Origin: Takakia lepidozioides | Taxonomy: Eukaryota; Plantae; Bryophyta | NCBI GenBank assembly: GCA_030704615.1 | Contig: CM060734.1 | Coordinates: 31,868,001 to 31,932,000, forward strand | Direction of reading: 5' to 3' | Length of the DNA: 64,000 nt | Part shown: in pieces, positions 38,768-51,839 of the stretch | Numbering within the stretch: the stretch's first letter is position 1 | Layout of the letters: each line of letters starts with the position of its first letter | Translations under genes and position numbers: made by a program | Notes under the pieces: model-generated | Databases searched by the model: none | What the model was told of the DNA's origin: nothing | The model's input: only the letters and a program-made list of their open reading frames with translations

Positions 38768-40040
38768 ATGACATTAACCCGAACCCCCAATCCCCCCATA
38801 CACCCAAACCCACCTGCCATGAATGGACAACCACAAACACCTAACAACACACCAGCAACACTCAACATGCCCCCCACCACCGGGGCCAGCTCATCTTATA
38901 CCCATGAACTGGAGGAAATCCATGGGATTGCTCGACAGACACAAACATACCAGTATGGGGCACCACGCACAACCACACTATATCACTGCAAATGGAGGAA
39001 CCAACCCGATAAGAACCATACTTGGGAGCCCAACGACAAACTATTTGGCCGACACGTTCCCTACCACAACCTAGAGCGTAACATACAAATAGTAATCGAC
39101 TACCACAGACGCACCAATACCACATATCTAACACATAACCACCAGCAACATGCTACGCAACCACAGCCCAAAGACAACTGATACATACGCCCCCCAAGAA
39201 ACTTGACGAACATCCATATCTCAACCGTGGAATGCAACCCAGACAAAGACATTGCAAAAAACGACCCCAACATTCAAACACACTCTAACATGGCCCATAT
39301 TTACGGACCATTGGGACTCTATGCTGGAAGCATATCACTCACCAGGCTGACATGGCTTTGGACCAAATTCCGACAAAACCCCAAACAAAAGAATCTCCAT
39401 GCCCCAAATCTAACAGCAACCTTTGCCCTTGAAACATCTAGCATGCTGCAACGCTACATGAAAGACCTCCCTCCCAAAAGCCCCCGAACACAAACTTAAC
39501 ATTGCATACTCCCACTCAACATTGCCCGCTCCCCTCCTTGATTTCCTTACTACGGAGCTACAACTCACCCACTCATACTACTCCAACCCCCTCACATGCC
39601 CACTAAGAGCCACTGCCTACTTTAGCCCGTATGAAGCTGATCAATGTTTTGGCTCGTTAGGACAGGCAAGATCCTATCAATGGCAAGGACGTGGATTCGC
39701 TCACCGCCCTAACCCTACCACAGCCGGCGAAGCGTTACACTGGGCCCGCATAGCTGCACATGCATCCATAAACGCCTTTACTGTTTTATTAATCCCACAC
39801 AACAATCTGACCAACTGCGACCACCCCATCGTCACTGACCCTAAAGGAATATTCACAATGGCCACATTTGACCCTCAAACATTGGTCTACCAAAGACCCA
39901 CAAATATCCAATATCTTCCTTCTAAACCTAAGCAAGATGCTAAAACGCCTCTTCGGCCCAACTGCCACAGTGCACACACCCTTACTCTCCCTCCCCCGAT
40001 ATCCTAGAATCAACCCAGACAAGCGATGGCAAGCGACACC
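38768..40040 (+). mobile_element. Retroelement fragment with chromodomain and adenine-MTase-like (Dam/PCIF1-like) domain, cut by the CACTA insertion at 40041
   Basis: HELEEIHG...LYHCKW...HTWEP (chromo). Then LPAPLLDFL...YYSNPLTCP...YFSPYEADQCFGSLG...WQGRGFAH...ALHWA...TVLLIP. C/A-rich coding strand with stops and frameshifts. Confidence 0.6.
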
Positions 40041-40084
40041 CACTACAGCAATGGGGGGGGGGGGGGGGGGGGGGGGGGGGTGGT

Positions 40085-41080
40085 GGTTAGCGACGCCCGA
40101 CCGACCTCCCTGAGGTCGTTAAGGGGGTCTAAAGACGTCGCGGCCAAGTCCCAAATACCGACCCCTAAGGCGTCGCTAAAAAGGCGTCGGTAAATCGGGC
40201 AGTTAAGACCGACCCCCAGGGGATCCCCAACTGCCCCGACGGCCCCTCTAACGCTGTGGAGCTTTGCCCGTGCGACCCCAAGGGGGTCGCACTGTTACTT
40301 TTTTTTTAATAAAAAGAAAACGGTTAAAAGGTTCGGAATATCGACCGACCCCACGGGGGTCGGACTTACCTAGCGACGGATATGGTGGTTCCGGGGGTAT
40401 AGCCATGTTGTGACCCCAAGGGGGTCGGAGTAAGCTGTCGGTGGCAGGAGGTGAGGCGACCCCCCAGACGTCGTATTTACGTAGCGACAGGTCTGGCGGG
40501 TAGGCATAGGTATTGCCACTGTGTGACCCCAAAGCCGTCGTAGGTACCTAGCAACGGGTATGGCGGGGGTAGCGGGTATCGCCACTATGCGACCCCTCGG
40601 AGATTGGTAATACATAGCGACGGGTATGGCGGGGGCCATTGTATCGCGACTGTGCGACCCCTAGGGGGTCGGAGTTACGTAGCGACGGGTATGGCGGGGG
40701 CCATTGTATCGCCACTGTGCGACCCCGGGGGGTCGGAGTTACGTAGCGACGGGTATGGCGGGGGTTGTGGTATCGCCACTGTGCGACCCCCGGGGGGTCG
40801 GAGTTACGTAGCGACGGTATGGATGGGCCAGGGTTTCGCTAGTAGCGACCCCTATGGAGTCGGTTCACGGGCAGTTATTGGGGAGGAGAAAGCGACCACT
40901 AGGGGGTCGGTGGATGGATTTGCTTGTGTTAATCCTAAACCGACCCCCAGGGGGTTGGTGCTTATGAGCGACGCGCAGGACACACCCTAAAGCGACCCAC
41001 GGGGGGTCGGTGTTTCCAGGCGACGGGAAGGGGCATGCCTGGGTGAATCCTAAAGCGACCCCCAAGGGGTCGCCCCTCAA
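40085..41080. repeat. CACTA subterminal repeat field (GCGACCCC...GGGGTCGC palindromes; ~63-bp tandem units at ~40540-40820)
   Basis: For example GCGACCCCAAGGGGGTCGC at 40272-40290, and repeated GTAGCGACGGGTATGGCGGGGG...TGCGACCCC..GGGGGTCGGAGTTAC. Confidence 0.85.
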
Positions 41081-41309
41081 ATGATATTTTCATCTTGTTT
41101 TATTTATTTGCTTTGTATTACCCCCGCACATTGGCCGATCGCCTTGTAAATTGTAGTACCTTTCTTGGGGCCGAGAACCTTCCTAGAGCCTCTTTGTAGG
41201 TGTAACCTATATGTCCACAACAAAGCAAGCCCGCGAAAGAAATAATCAATAGAACATAACAAGGCTCCTATCATGTACAAGCATTATATAATATGCATCT
41301 TCCTTAGTA

Positions 41310-43589
41310 CTAGATACCCTCATGGACTTCGAGGTCCTCGAGGGTCAACATATCATCCTGCGAACCATCATCATCACCCCGATCACTCTCGCCCTCATCC
41401 TCACGTCGCTCACCCTCATCCTCATCCTCACTAGTCTGGCCCTCATCCTCGACATCGGTCACCCTATGGTCAGTAGTGCTACTAGTAATACTTCGTTTTT
41501 TTGTACTCTTTGCGGAGAGGGCCCTATGGGTCTTGATGCGCTCAAGAAGCGGGGGGTATCCTTCATTCTTGACAAATTCTACCTCCTCCACGCTTGGGTG
41601 TCTCCCAAACCTACGATGCTACACAATCACAAACAACCTTAATTAGTTTATGCAAGATATACCAAAGAGATAACCATATGTAGACAAAGCAACACATTAA
41701 AGTGAATGCATCCATGAAATGCTTACAAATCGGGTCGCGAATGACTTGTGCCCTCCTGGACCAAACTTGTGGGTGCGGGTATCTAGCCCTTTCCCTTTGC
41801 GTAATGTGGCCGCCTCACGACCCCTAGCAAATTGAGCCTTCTTCTTGGCATCAGTCTCCTCGGCAATGAGAATGTCCCATGACTCCTAAACAACCAACCA
41901 CTACATTAGCTTTACTTCTTCAAGCATGCATGCATCATTAACATCTTCCACATGTCCAAAATACAATGAATGAAATAGGAAGGAAGGTGTGGAGTTCATA
42001 CCTCACTGATAATGGCTTTGACACCGTTCTTCGCTGCTTGCCGGATCTCCTTCCTTGCACGATATCGCCTATCCTTGAGGTTCTTTCCGATCAACCCCAT
42101 CAAGCGGGACTCACTCCAACCACCCCCAAACTTCTTCTCCAATTCGGCTACAAATCCCTTACGGTGCTCCCATGGTTGTTGATCCCAATCTACATGCAAA
42201 GAGAACCATCATGCCGCTTTTGGAAAGCCTCCTAAACGCTTCCCAAAACTCTCCAACTGGATACCCATACTTGTTGGCCTCTAGAGGTGGGACCTTCTTA
42301 GGCACCTCCAGCCCTCCCTTCTTCCCTCTCCTCCCGCGCTTACGAGGCTCTCCTTCTACTGAACCCTCTCCAATATCTCCCTTCCCACTACCCTCCCCCA
42401 ACTCTCCGACTGTGAGAGGGGTATCCTCAATGCAAGGCTTCTTCTTCTTCTTCTTGCTAAGGGGCTTTTCCACTATCTTTGGTTTCCCTCTTCCCACAAC
42501 AGCCTCAACCTCCTCCATCTCTCTCTCTCTACGTCTCTCTCCGGCTCCCTCGGCAATGACCAGAGGTCTCTCAAGGGACGTGGCACCGGGTCCACAAATG
42601 GAGCCTGCAATTACAATGGGTTTTGTGAGGCCCTTGGCCAATCTCTGCAAGTCATGTACATGTGCAAACCAAATAAAAACAACAAAAACAAAAAGAATGC
42701 AGTAGGCAATACAACAAAATGGCGAGAGAGATACTGGCCTCATGATGCTCCGAGGTGATTGTATCCCTGGGCTTGAGCGCGGGCATCTCAGGCACCTCGA
42801 GTTCAGGTGCCAAAAGTTGTCCCATTGATGGCAATGGAACCCCCATTGCCGCCAAAGATGCCATGAGTTGTGCTTACTCTTCAGGAGAGGCTTGACCCCA
42901 ACTGCCACTAGCTAGAGTCACAGCAGCGAGCTGGCCAAATGCGAGGCCCTTCCTGGCCGAGGACTGGCCACCTATGGAGGTATCATGGACATGAGCAGGA
43001 GAGGTGCCTTGGGTACCATGAGATACATCATGCCATGAAGAACTTCCCAATTTTTCAACAGGAGCATCATTTGGGCCAAGCGGCCTAGCTACCTCCCCAC
43101 GTATGGGACACCTCTCCACCCCCTCTCTCTCTCTCTCTCTTGTGCATTGATCAGCAAATCCCGTTGACATGTCATAACCCTCCTAACCTCGGTGGTTGGA
43201 GAAGCACCGGGAGCAATGTCCAATTGGCCCATCCTAGGACCATCTTGAAAAATCTTTATATTACCCGTATACAATGCTTCTAATGAAGGAGAGAGGGTAG
43301 CGCTAGATACTGCAGGCCCAATGGTGGACTCATCAATAGTACCAGTAGTATCCGGCACAAGAGCCACTTCAACTACAACACCTTGGCCCAAGAGGGGGGC
43401 ATCATCATCAACACGGTGCTCGGGGGGGGCACTGGTACTCTCGGGCTCATGAAATGAAGGAGCAAGCACAAGAGGAGGGGAAGGCCGGGGGGTCAAACCA
43501 GATTTCTTTCGTGTACTTGAGCGATATGGGTTTGTTTCTGGTTTTTTCCTTTTCTTTGCAGCAGGGGTCTTCTCCGAATCCTTGGCCAT
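41310..43589 (-). pseudogene. TnpA-like (Ptta/En/Spm-type) CACTA accessory gene, spliced and frameshifted
   Basis: Exon translations MAKDSEKTPAAKKRKK..., VDWDQQPWEHRK...GKNLKDRRYRARK, ESWDILIAEE...RTHKFGPGGHKSF, and an acidic C-terminal tail. Confidence 0.55.
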
Positions 43590-44949
43590 ATCTGAAATGA
43601 ACTACAACATATGAATTCAAAGAAAATATCCTAAAAAACATAATGAAGACTATAGAGTATTACATAGATTTTTATAGAGCAAAAAAGAATTATACACTGG
43701 AAAAGACACTACAATATATCAACATCAAATAAACCAATAAATAATTAAAAAACTACACCAAATACAGACCATGGGACATACAAGTAGAAATACAAAAAGT
43801 AGGAACACAATAATGTAGCCGTTAGTGACGAGTCTTCTCTCACGAGCTTTGAATCACAAAACACACACTAGAGGAAAACGCGGAATAACCACTCTGGCAA
43901 CCACTCATTTTGAGTGGGAAAAGACACCCAACCACTCTGGCATGTCTAGTGGTATAGAACCAGTGGATCTTAACTCAGCAGTGGTTAAAGACATGACGTG
44001 TCCGAAGTGGTTAACGACAGTGGTTACGATCACTTGCCTCCGAGTCCAGCTGTTCGCTTACGTGTCACAGTGGTAAGCCAGGTCACATCTGACGTGTCAC
44101 AGTGGTAAACTAACCACTTCAGAACATAGACCACTTCCACCGTATGCGACGTGGACGCAGCAACTCCGTCGATCATACTTAGCAATGGATGGACACGTGT
44201 CCGTATCCATATGGACGCGTGGCCGAATCCAGTTAGACGATTATGGGCTCCATTATCTGGACACGTGGCGATATTGCAAATGAGCACGTGCCCTATTTTA
44301 GGGATGTGCTGAAAAATGCAATGATTTCCCAAACAACTCTGTGAGTGAGACTTAAATGACTCTAATAGTCATGATTCGAGAATAAACAATGTATATTATC
44401 ACTGAATGTGTGGTTCTAATAGTATTGATGTGTGCTAAAACCACTTACAGAGTGGTTCTACCAGTATCAATGTAGTGGTTAGGTTGTGTGCTAAAACCAC
44501 TGACGAAGTGGTTCTACTAGTATTGATGTAGTGGTTAGGTTGTGTGCTAAAACCACTGTCGAAGTCATCCAGTGTGTCCCACCAAGTATGAACCATGTTT
44601 TTGAATTATTACTATCAAAGTGGTATGTAAGTGATTGGGGCTACATTTGGAGGAGTACAACCACTCTTGCATACTGTCATAGTCTTACATATACCACTGA
44701 CAGAGTGGTGTGCAAGTGATTCATACATTCCCATATAATTCTCCTACAATTCCCATACATTCGAAGTGAATCTGCAAATCCAAATACTCTTGAAGATTCA
44801 CCATTCAAAAAACAGAATAGAATCCAAGACAGTAAGTGTTGGAACAGAGTCAACAAAATCTAGCCATGATAAAGGGTGACATACTATATCTACACTACGT
44901 CTCCGCAAGCATGCTAAAAGCCATGAACTACTTTCTGCCTTTTGGTCAG

Positions 44950-45480
44950 TGATAGACATCTACCCATGCAGGTTTCTTGTAGCTATTAATCCACAGGGAA
45001 TCATAGGTAACCTTATGCTTGAAATCCGGCCCTCTTGGATGAATCTGGACCCACACTCCATCCCTGCTCTTTCAGCTATCCATGCCTCTGCACAAACCAT
45101 GCATACATCCTTGCCTTGCTGCTAGCAGCTGACAATGACAGCCTACATCTGTTCTAGGAAACACCCAACTGAACTTATCAATCCTAGTTCTTATGCTCCA
45201 TTGCATCTACTACTCTTTGTAATCCATGGATAGCTGAAGGTCCAGATTCATCCAAGAGGGCCATTTCAGCAATAGGGTATGTCACCCTACAAATCGGACA
45301 TTCATCTTTGGCTTGTTGCTAGCAGCTGACAATGACAGCCTAGAGTTGTTCCAGCACGCACTAGTTCCTATGCTCAATTGCATCTGCTACTCTCTATAAT
45401 CCAACAGGCATTCACCTTCTTGCCTCGATCGTCCCACCATTGACTGGGGTCAGAAAAGTATTCATTCCACAGCTTCTCCT
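44950..45480 (-). other. Captured OSB-type PDF-motif gene fragments
   Basis: Minus-strand translation IHPRGPDFKHKVTYDSLWINSYKKPAWVD (~45046-44955) and EKLWNEYFSDPSQWWD (~45478-45430). HEFFTDPS*WWDNRNRK with a GT donor occurs at ~49287-49235. Confidence 0.8.
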
Positions 45481-45529
45481 CGGCCCAGCTGTTACCTGTT
45501 TCTTGTAGCTATTGATCCATCCGGTACAT

Positions 45530-46085
45530 TTCCAGCTTTGGTGATGCAACCATGCACCTCCGACTTTTCCAGGGTTGCCAGGCTTGCACACACACTGCAA
45601 ACGCACACAAACATGATTTGGTCGAACTTCACCCCTTCCCCCATCATTTGCTTTCAGGTCTCCAAAGCCCCATCCAGCGCCCCTGCCCTGCACACCCTGC
45701 AAGCATAACATTCCACAACACCACATCTCATTCAGCCATAGTGTTGAACACTCCCTTGGCATCCTCAATGCTACCATATTTGGCATACATGGCCACCAGA
45801 GCAGTGTTCAGGATGACATCTGGAACAATTGCAGATTTGATCATGACACACTGCAAACACACACAAACCTTATGTCGGCGGGCTTCACCCCTTCCCCCAT
45901 CATTTGCTCATAGGTTGGAGCCTCCATCCCGCACCCCTGCTATGCATACACCGCAAGCATCGCACTCCACGACACCACATCTCGTTCAGCCATAGTGTTG
46001 AACACTCCCTTGGCATCCTCGATGCACCCACATTTGGCATACATGTCCACCAGGGCAGGGGCAGTGTTTAGAATGACATCTGGTA
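45530..46085 (-). pseudogene. Captured PLS-class PPR gene fragments (copy A)
   Basis: ALVDMYAKCGCIEDAKGVFNTMAERDVV and ALVAMYAKYGSIEDAKGVFNTMAE*DVVLWNVMLAGCA repeats, degenerate. Confidence 0.85.
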
Positions 46086-46139
46086 ATCTGACAAACATTC
46101 TCATTTTAGAATTGTTCCAGCAAATGCCCCAACCCTACT

Positions 46140-46293
46140 GACTTAGAGGCTGCAGTGTCCAAAGCCATGTCCGTTTCCAGAAAATTGTCTAATGAAAATG
46201 AAGTTAGGCAGAAAACTTCCCTGGACTTGTTTCCAGTCTGTGACATGGGGGAGGACATCATGGATGACCTCAAGGGTCTACCCACTCTCGGCA
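46140..46293 (+). mobile_element. Third fragment of the 991-3974 LINE family (C-terminal region)
   Basis: Closely matches ~3378-3530 (LEAAVSKAMS...ENEVRQKTSL..FPV.DMGEDI.DDLKGLPTLG). Confidence 0.85.
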
Positions 46294-48262
46294 CCACTTC
46301 AAGTGGACTAGGTTGATCTCTGCTACTCCCACGCTACTTGCTAGGATGCATCTGCAGCAACTTCCACTAGGTCAATGGTAGCAGATGCAATCTAAATCTC
46401 ATACCCAACTCAACAAATGTCAAATTATAGTTTATTGTGTTTACACATCCACTGCATTCTGGTGTATTTGTCAAAGATGGGCTGATTGACTGCATAGTGG
46501 GATCGTGTTTTCTGTTTTATGATGGAGCAGAGAGGCCCCTGAAACTGGATGATTGTTGGCCTACTAGATGGTTGCTGGGCCAACTGCTGTGAGTCCCCAA
46601 TAACCTGGGGCCAAATAGAGCTAGCCAAGGTTCATTGGCAACAGAGCTAAAAGGGTATTGCTGCACACATGCCTGGCAAGTGAGATACCAGTAGAAACAC
46701 AGATTGTCTTGCTGACAAACCCTAGACATAGTTGACATCTACACATGGTGGACACTGGTGTGCGATGGCTACCCCTCCATAAGAAGTAAACAGCCTAAGC
46801 TTTCTTAGGGAAAATGGAAGCGTTCTCCACTCCAGTAAACATTCTATAAGAAAGACTTAGCAAGAGCAACTTGTGAAAGCGTCCAGACCTGCAGATGTGC
46901 TAACAGCATCACGAGTAGAGCATAGGAGCCAATTCCACCATGATAGACCTGAAGAATGCAAATAGGTTCATTAACAAGTCAGATGACCAGCCAACGCTAG
47001 GAACTAAGATCCACAGGGACATGACACAACACATCCAAAATGGCAGGTATACATATTTCAAGAGGTCCTCCAACTTCAATTGAAAACTCCAGCATACGCT
47101 ACACACAATGAGGTATGGAAGGATCGACATTCCCATGCCATCTGACTGAGAAATTTTAGGGTTATTCCACATTCGCAATCCCCACTCCCCAGTGCATACA
47201 GGCTGCTTAAGGTTTCTCGCAAAGTCGATGTTCACGAAATCTGTTTCATGATGTTACGTAATTGTCTTCATTGGGTGCATCTTTGCTGTTAAAAAGGGTT
47301 TCTTGCAGTTCTCTTACATGAATATCATATGCAAAACTAATAACTAGACATACTTCTGGTACTTCTGCTCCTTCTGGTCTTGCAGAGGGAAGAAAGCCCA
47401 CCTCGTTAAGCTCTCGCTGCTGTAGGAATATCTTCAACACAAGACACAAAGGCTTCAAAGGAGGAAGAGCCCTCATTGCACCCTGTAACACAAGACCTTA
47501 ACAAACATCATACATCATGAATATCATAGAAAGTACGCAATATCTGTGATGATTCTTGCAAAAACCAAAGGCAAACTGAATTCAATAGCTCAATTTGACT
47601 GAACACACAAGAGCCTGGGCTCCAACTGCTGGTTCTTGACTGGAAATTTCTGGACAAGGTGCATAAGTAGAGATATACGACGACAGTGAAACAGACCATT
47701 ATAAAATCGGCAGCCTCAGGCCCGTTGGATTCATCAAAGCTGTGCCACACACAGAGGTTTAGAGTGAACTACACCCAAGGATTTGGTGATATCTTGCACA
47801 AATCTGCATGAACTCACATTAACAGCCTCCCAAAAAAGGTCAGTTTTCTGGGACAAAAAGGTCTGGACCTTTTTGGTGCACATGTGCATGCTTGTGAGTA
47901 TATGCAAGTCAATGTTTCATCTCCTATTCAAAGACCATGAGACCATGAGACTATGAGACATTTTTCCTTCTAGCAGGTCATTAGGCATATTAAACTACCA
48001 GTACCCTCCCTGAATGTACGAATAAAAACACTAACTGAAGTACCTTATGTCAAAGGAAATGTTACTCTGAGTCTCCACAAACTTTACAAGAGGTACTCTT
48101 GCTTTTGCAATGACCTGCCACAAGTTGCAAGTCACATCTTACATCCAAATTCAGCAAAGACTGAATTTTACCGATAGCCCCAACTTCAAATGACGTCACA
48201 GGTCCAAACTAAGAAGCAACAGTGGCTTCCCAAGAGGAGCAACCTACTGCAGAAATACATTC

Positions 48263-48925
48263 CATGATCCCTCAGTTTGGAGACTAGGGTATTGTTCAGA
48301 ATGCCATCTGGTACAATTCCACCTCTGAAGATGTCGCCATGCACCTCTTTCCCCATTTCCAAAGCTGCCAGGGCAGTGTTCAGATTGACATTTGGCACAA
48401 TTCTAGCTTTGATGATATCCATATGCACCTCTTGCCCTTCTCCAGGGCTGTCGGGCTTGCATGCACATTGCAAATGCACACAAACATGATGTGCTTCCCC
48501 CATCATCTGCTCATAGCTCTCCAAAGCCTACATCCCACGTCCCTGCCGTGCATACCCTGCAAGCATCGCAATCCACAACACCACATCTCGTTCAGCCATA
48601 GTGTCAAACACTCCCTTTGCATCCTAGATGCACCCACATTTTGCAAACATGTTCACCAGGGTATTGTTCAGAATGACATCTGATACAATTCCAGCTCTGA
48701 AGATGACGCCATGGACCTCTTTCCCCTTTTCCAAAGCTGCCAGGGCAGTGTTCAGATTGACATTTGGCACAATTCCAGCTTTGATGATATCCCCATGCAC
48801 CTCTTGCCCTTCTCCAGGGCTGCCAGGCTTGCACAAGCATTGCAAATGCACACAAACATGATGTGCTTCCACCATTATTTGCTCATAGGTCTCCAAAGCC
48901 TCCATCCAACGTCCCTACCTTGCAT
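48263..48925 (-). pseudogene. Captured PLS-class PPR gene fragments (copy B, tandemly duplicated ~360-bp unit)
   Basis: AALEKGKEVHG.IFRAGIVSDVILNNTLVNMFAKCGCI..AKGVFDTMAERDVVLW; 48263-48560 duplicates 48640-48925. Confidence 0.88.
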
Positions 48926-50083
48926 ACCTTGGACCAAGCTGACTCTCCCAAGAACCTTGTAAACATCAGCGAGGACTTAAGTGCGCAGCAGCGATAGGGC
49001 TGAGTGGAGCTTAATGCTTGAGGGAAAAAAAAAACATCGCATTGGTCCATGAGAACCAGCATGGTGCAGCTAAGCGAGTAGAGATTGAAACACGACCTTC
49101 TAAGACCAATCTGACTCTCCCAAGAACCTTGTAAACATCAGGAAGAATACCAAATCATGGTACTAACAGGAGCCAAAAGCCCACATTTGCAGGATGGACA
49201 AACTTCTTCACATCCTACATTAAGAAAAAGCCACACCTTGCGATTGCGATTGTCCCACCATCATGAAGGATCTGTAAAAAACTCATGCGAGCTCTGCTCC
49301 GTGCTGCAAATTCAGGGCTGAGTCTGATAAGAGGGCAAAACAGGCTGAAATAGGTCGAAGAAAAAGGTGCCCTCACCACATTGTCATCGACCTTGTGTCA
49401 TGACCCATGGAGGATTTGACAGACCATGAACCCAAACGGACCTCTTGTGTGTGTTGTTTGTGTCTGTAGTCAGGTAATGTCAGATTGTCCATAAGAACCA
49501 CCATGGTGCAGCTGAGCGAGCAGAGATTGAAACGCGACCTGCTAAGACCAACCTGCACGAGGACTTAGTGTGCGCAGCAGCGATAAGGCTTAGTGGGGCT
49601 TAATGGGGCTTAGTGCATGAGGGAAAAAAAAACAACGCGAGGAGTTTGAACCCGCGACCCCGCGACACGCAGGAAGAGCCCTTACCGTATGCTACATGCA
49701 CACATTTGAAATTTCCCTCCCAAAAGTATGTATATATTGTACATACGTGATGGGCAACTTTTTAAGTTTTTTAACCTTTTTACAAACCCTATAAGCAATT
49801 TTTTGTTTTTTTTTATAAAAAAAAATTTAAAGCAAACCTCAGGCCCTTGAGGAGGGGGGAAATTAACCCCCTTTCATTTATGGGCCATGAGACCTACAAG
49901 AGGATCAACGCCCAGACATACTGTCGTCACAAACAATCCCACACATGGGGTAATGCAGCGGATTTGAACCCTGAACCACCAGGGCGACACACTCTGCACT
50001 TACCAGCCGATGTGTTTTTTTAAAAATCTTTTGCACTTTGATTTTTTTTTAATTCATTTTAGTGGTTACAAGTGAGCACATAG

Positions 50084-50437
50084 ATGTATTCCATGGAGAT
50101 AAACAAAACTGTTCATCCGGTGTCTTCACGGTGGATGTATCCCATGGAGCGTTACATGAAAGATCTTAAGGGATACGTTAGGAATTACGCAAAGCCAGAA
50201 GGGAATACGGTTGCAGGGTATGTTCTTGATGAGGCAATGGGGTTCATGACTGAGTATATGCAATCATTTGATGCAACTCAACGGCGGACTTGGGATGCAA
50301 ATGCGGAGGAAGGGGTTGAGGACGAGGTCTTCGAAGGTGTCGGCAAAAAGCGGGACATGACTGGAGTTGGGAGAGATGCAGCACAAATTTTGTATGTGCT
50401 GAACAATACCAATGTCATGGCTCCTTGGGTGCAGTGA
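50084..50437 (+). pseudogene. CACTA TnpD C-terminal (DUF4218-like) remnant
   Basis: PVSSRWMYPMERYMKDLKGYVRNYAKPEG...GY..DEAMGF.TEY. Confidence 0.85.
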
Positions 50438-51839
50438 GTACTTCTTTTCATTGCACCTTATTCATATCAAGTTCAATTTCAATTCTGACTGTCACCAGCG
50501 TAATCAAACCACCCACAAAGTCACAAATGTTAGTGGTTTATCTTGATTATAACCAATGTTGTAGTAACGGAATATCTGAGTGAGTGACTTGTTGGAAGAG
50601 CATGTTCATTTACAAGTCATTCTGCTCACTCCTCCAGTGGTTTGAAACAGTGGTTTTCAAAGTATCATTCATGCTAGGTATTTTTTGCTAAGTAATGCAA
50701 TACTTCATTGCTAAACATATGTCATTCTTGTTGCCATTTTGTGACAAAAAGTATGCAACAGAGAAGGCATAATTTACAACAGACAGAGAGACATATGGTG
50801 ATGAGTGGCGTGCCAATCGATGTCTACCTCATCAGATCAGCTAGGTCATTAGATGGTGCCACGGCTCTAAATAAAGAAGACTTGGCTATGTTGGCTACCA
50901 TTCAAGCGGCATTTGTGCAACCAACCGCTATTCCAGTTGAGTAAAGTGATTCAGAGGGTGACGAATATGTTTCAGATTCAGAATAAAGTTTATTGTTGGA
51001 ACCATTTGTTCAATAGCATCATCCCACAATGGTCTGGCCACTTGTCTGTTTTTCAAAGTCTGTCACAGCTGCACAAACCACTTAAAGTTTTTCATGTATC
51101 ACCCAAAAAGTGGTACCAATCACTGTTGTGTAGGCAACCACTCATGAGCAACCACTAGAATAGTGGTTCCAATTACTGCAGTATCTTTCACCACCCACTC
51201 TCCACCACTGTCAAAGTGGTACAAATCAATGAGGTGTCTTTAACCACTCAAGATCAACGTGCACTGTCCCCGTCCACGTGGAATATTATATTAATTAATT
51301 AAAATATATTTCCAAATCATAAATCACAAATAAAATTTGAATTATTACACGTGGAGTAGCAAGTGGTTTCAACCACTTCCCATCACTGAGGTGTCTATAA
51401 CCACTCACAATGTACCACTGCACTTGTCCACGTGGAATATTATATTATATTAATTAAAATGTATTACCAAATAAATAATAATAAATAAAACAAATTATTA
51501 CACGTGGACTATTGAGTGGTTGAAACCACTTCCAACCACTGTCTGTGATGCCACCGTGGCATTTCATTGGGATTAACCACTGGCAAGTGGTCACTAGTGG
51601 TTTATAGAGTGGAAAAAAAACAGTGGTGGTTAAAGGGCCAGTGGTTATTCCGCGTTTTTCCTCTAGTGACAAAGGCAGAGGCAGGGAGTACCAGACCCGA
51701 GCAAGAGGATGGTAGCTGCCAGCGACCAGAGAGAAGTAGCCAACGTCCGTGGGGCGAGGGGGCGAGACACAGAGGTCAATCGCTGCGCGCACCACCGCGA
51801 CCAGCTCCCCGTTCCTGCGAATGTGATCAGGTAGGTCGT

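Larger units (their letters stand above)
43866..51668 (+). mobile_element. Complete non-autonomous Pack-type CACTA element #2 nested in CACTA #1
   Basis: TIRs CACTAGAGGAAAACGCGGAATAACCACT and AGTGGTTATTCCGCGTTTTTCCTCTAGTG. 3-bp TSD ACA (43863-43865, 51669-51671). AACCACT/AGTGGTT subterminal arrays at both ends. Confidence 0.95.
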
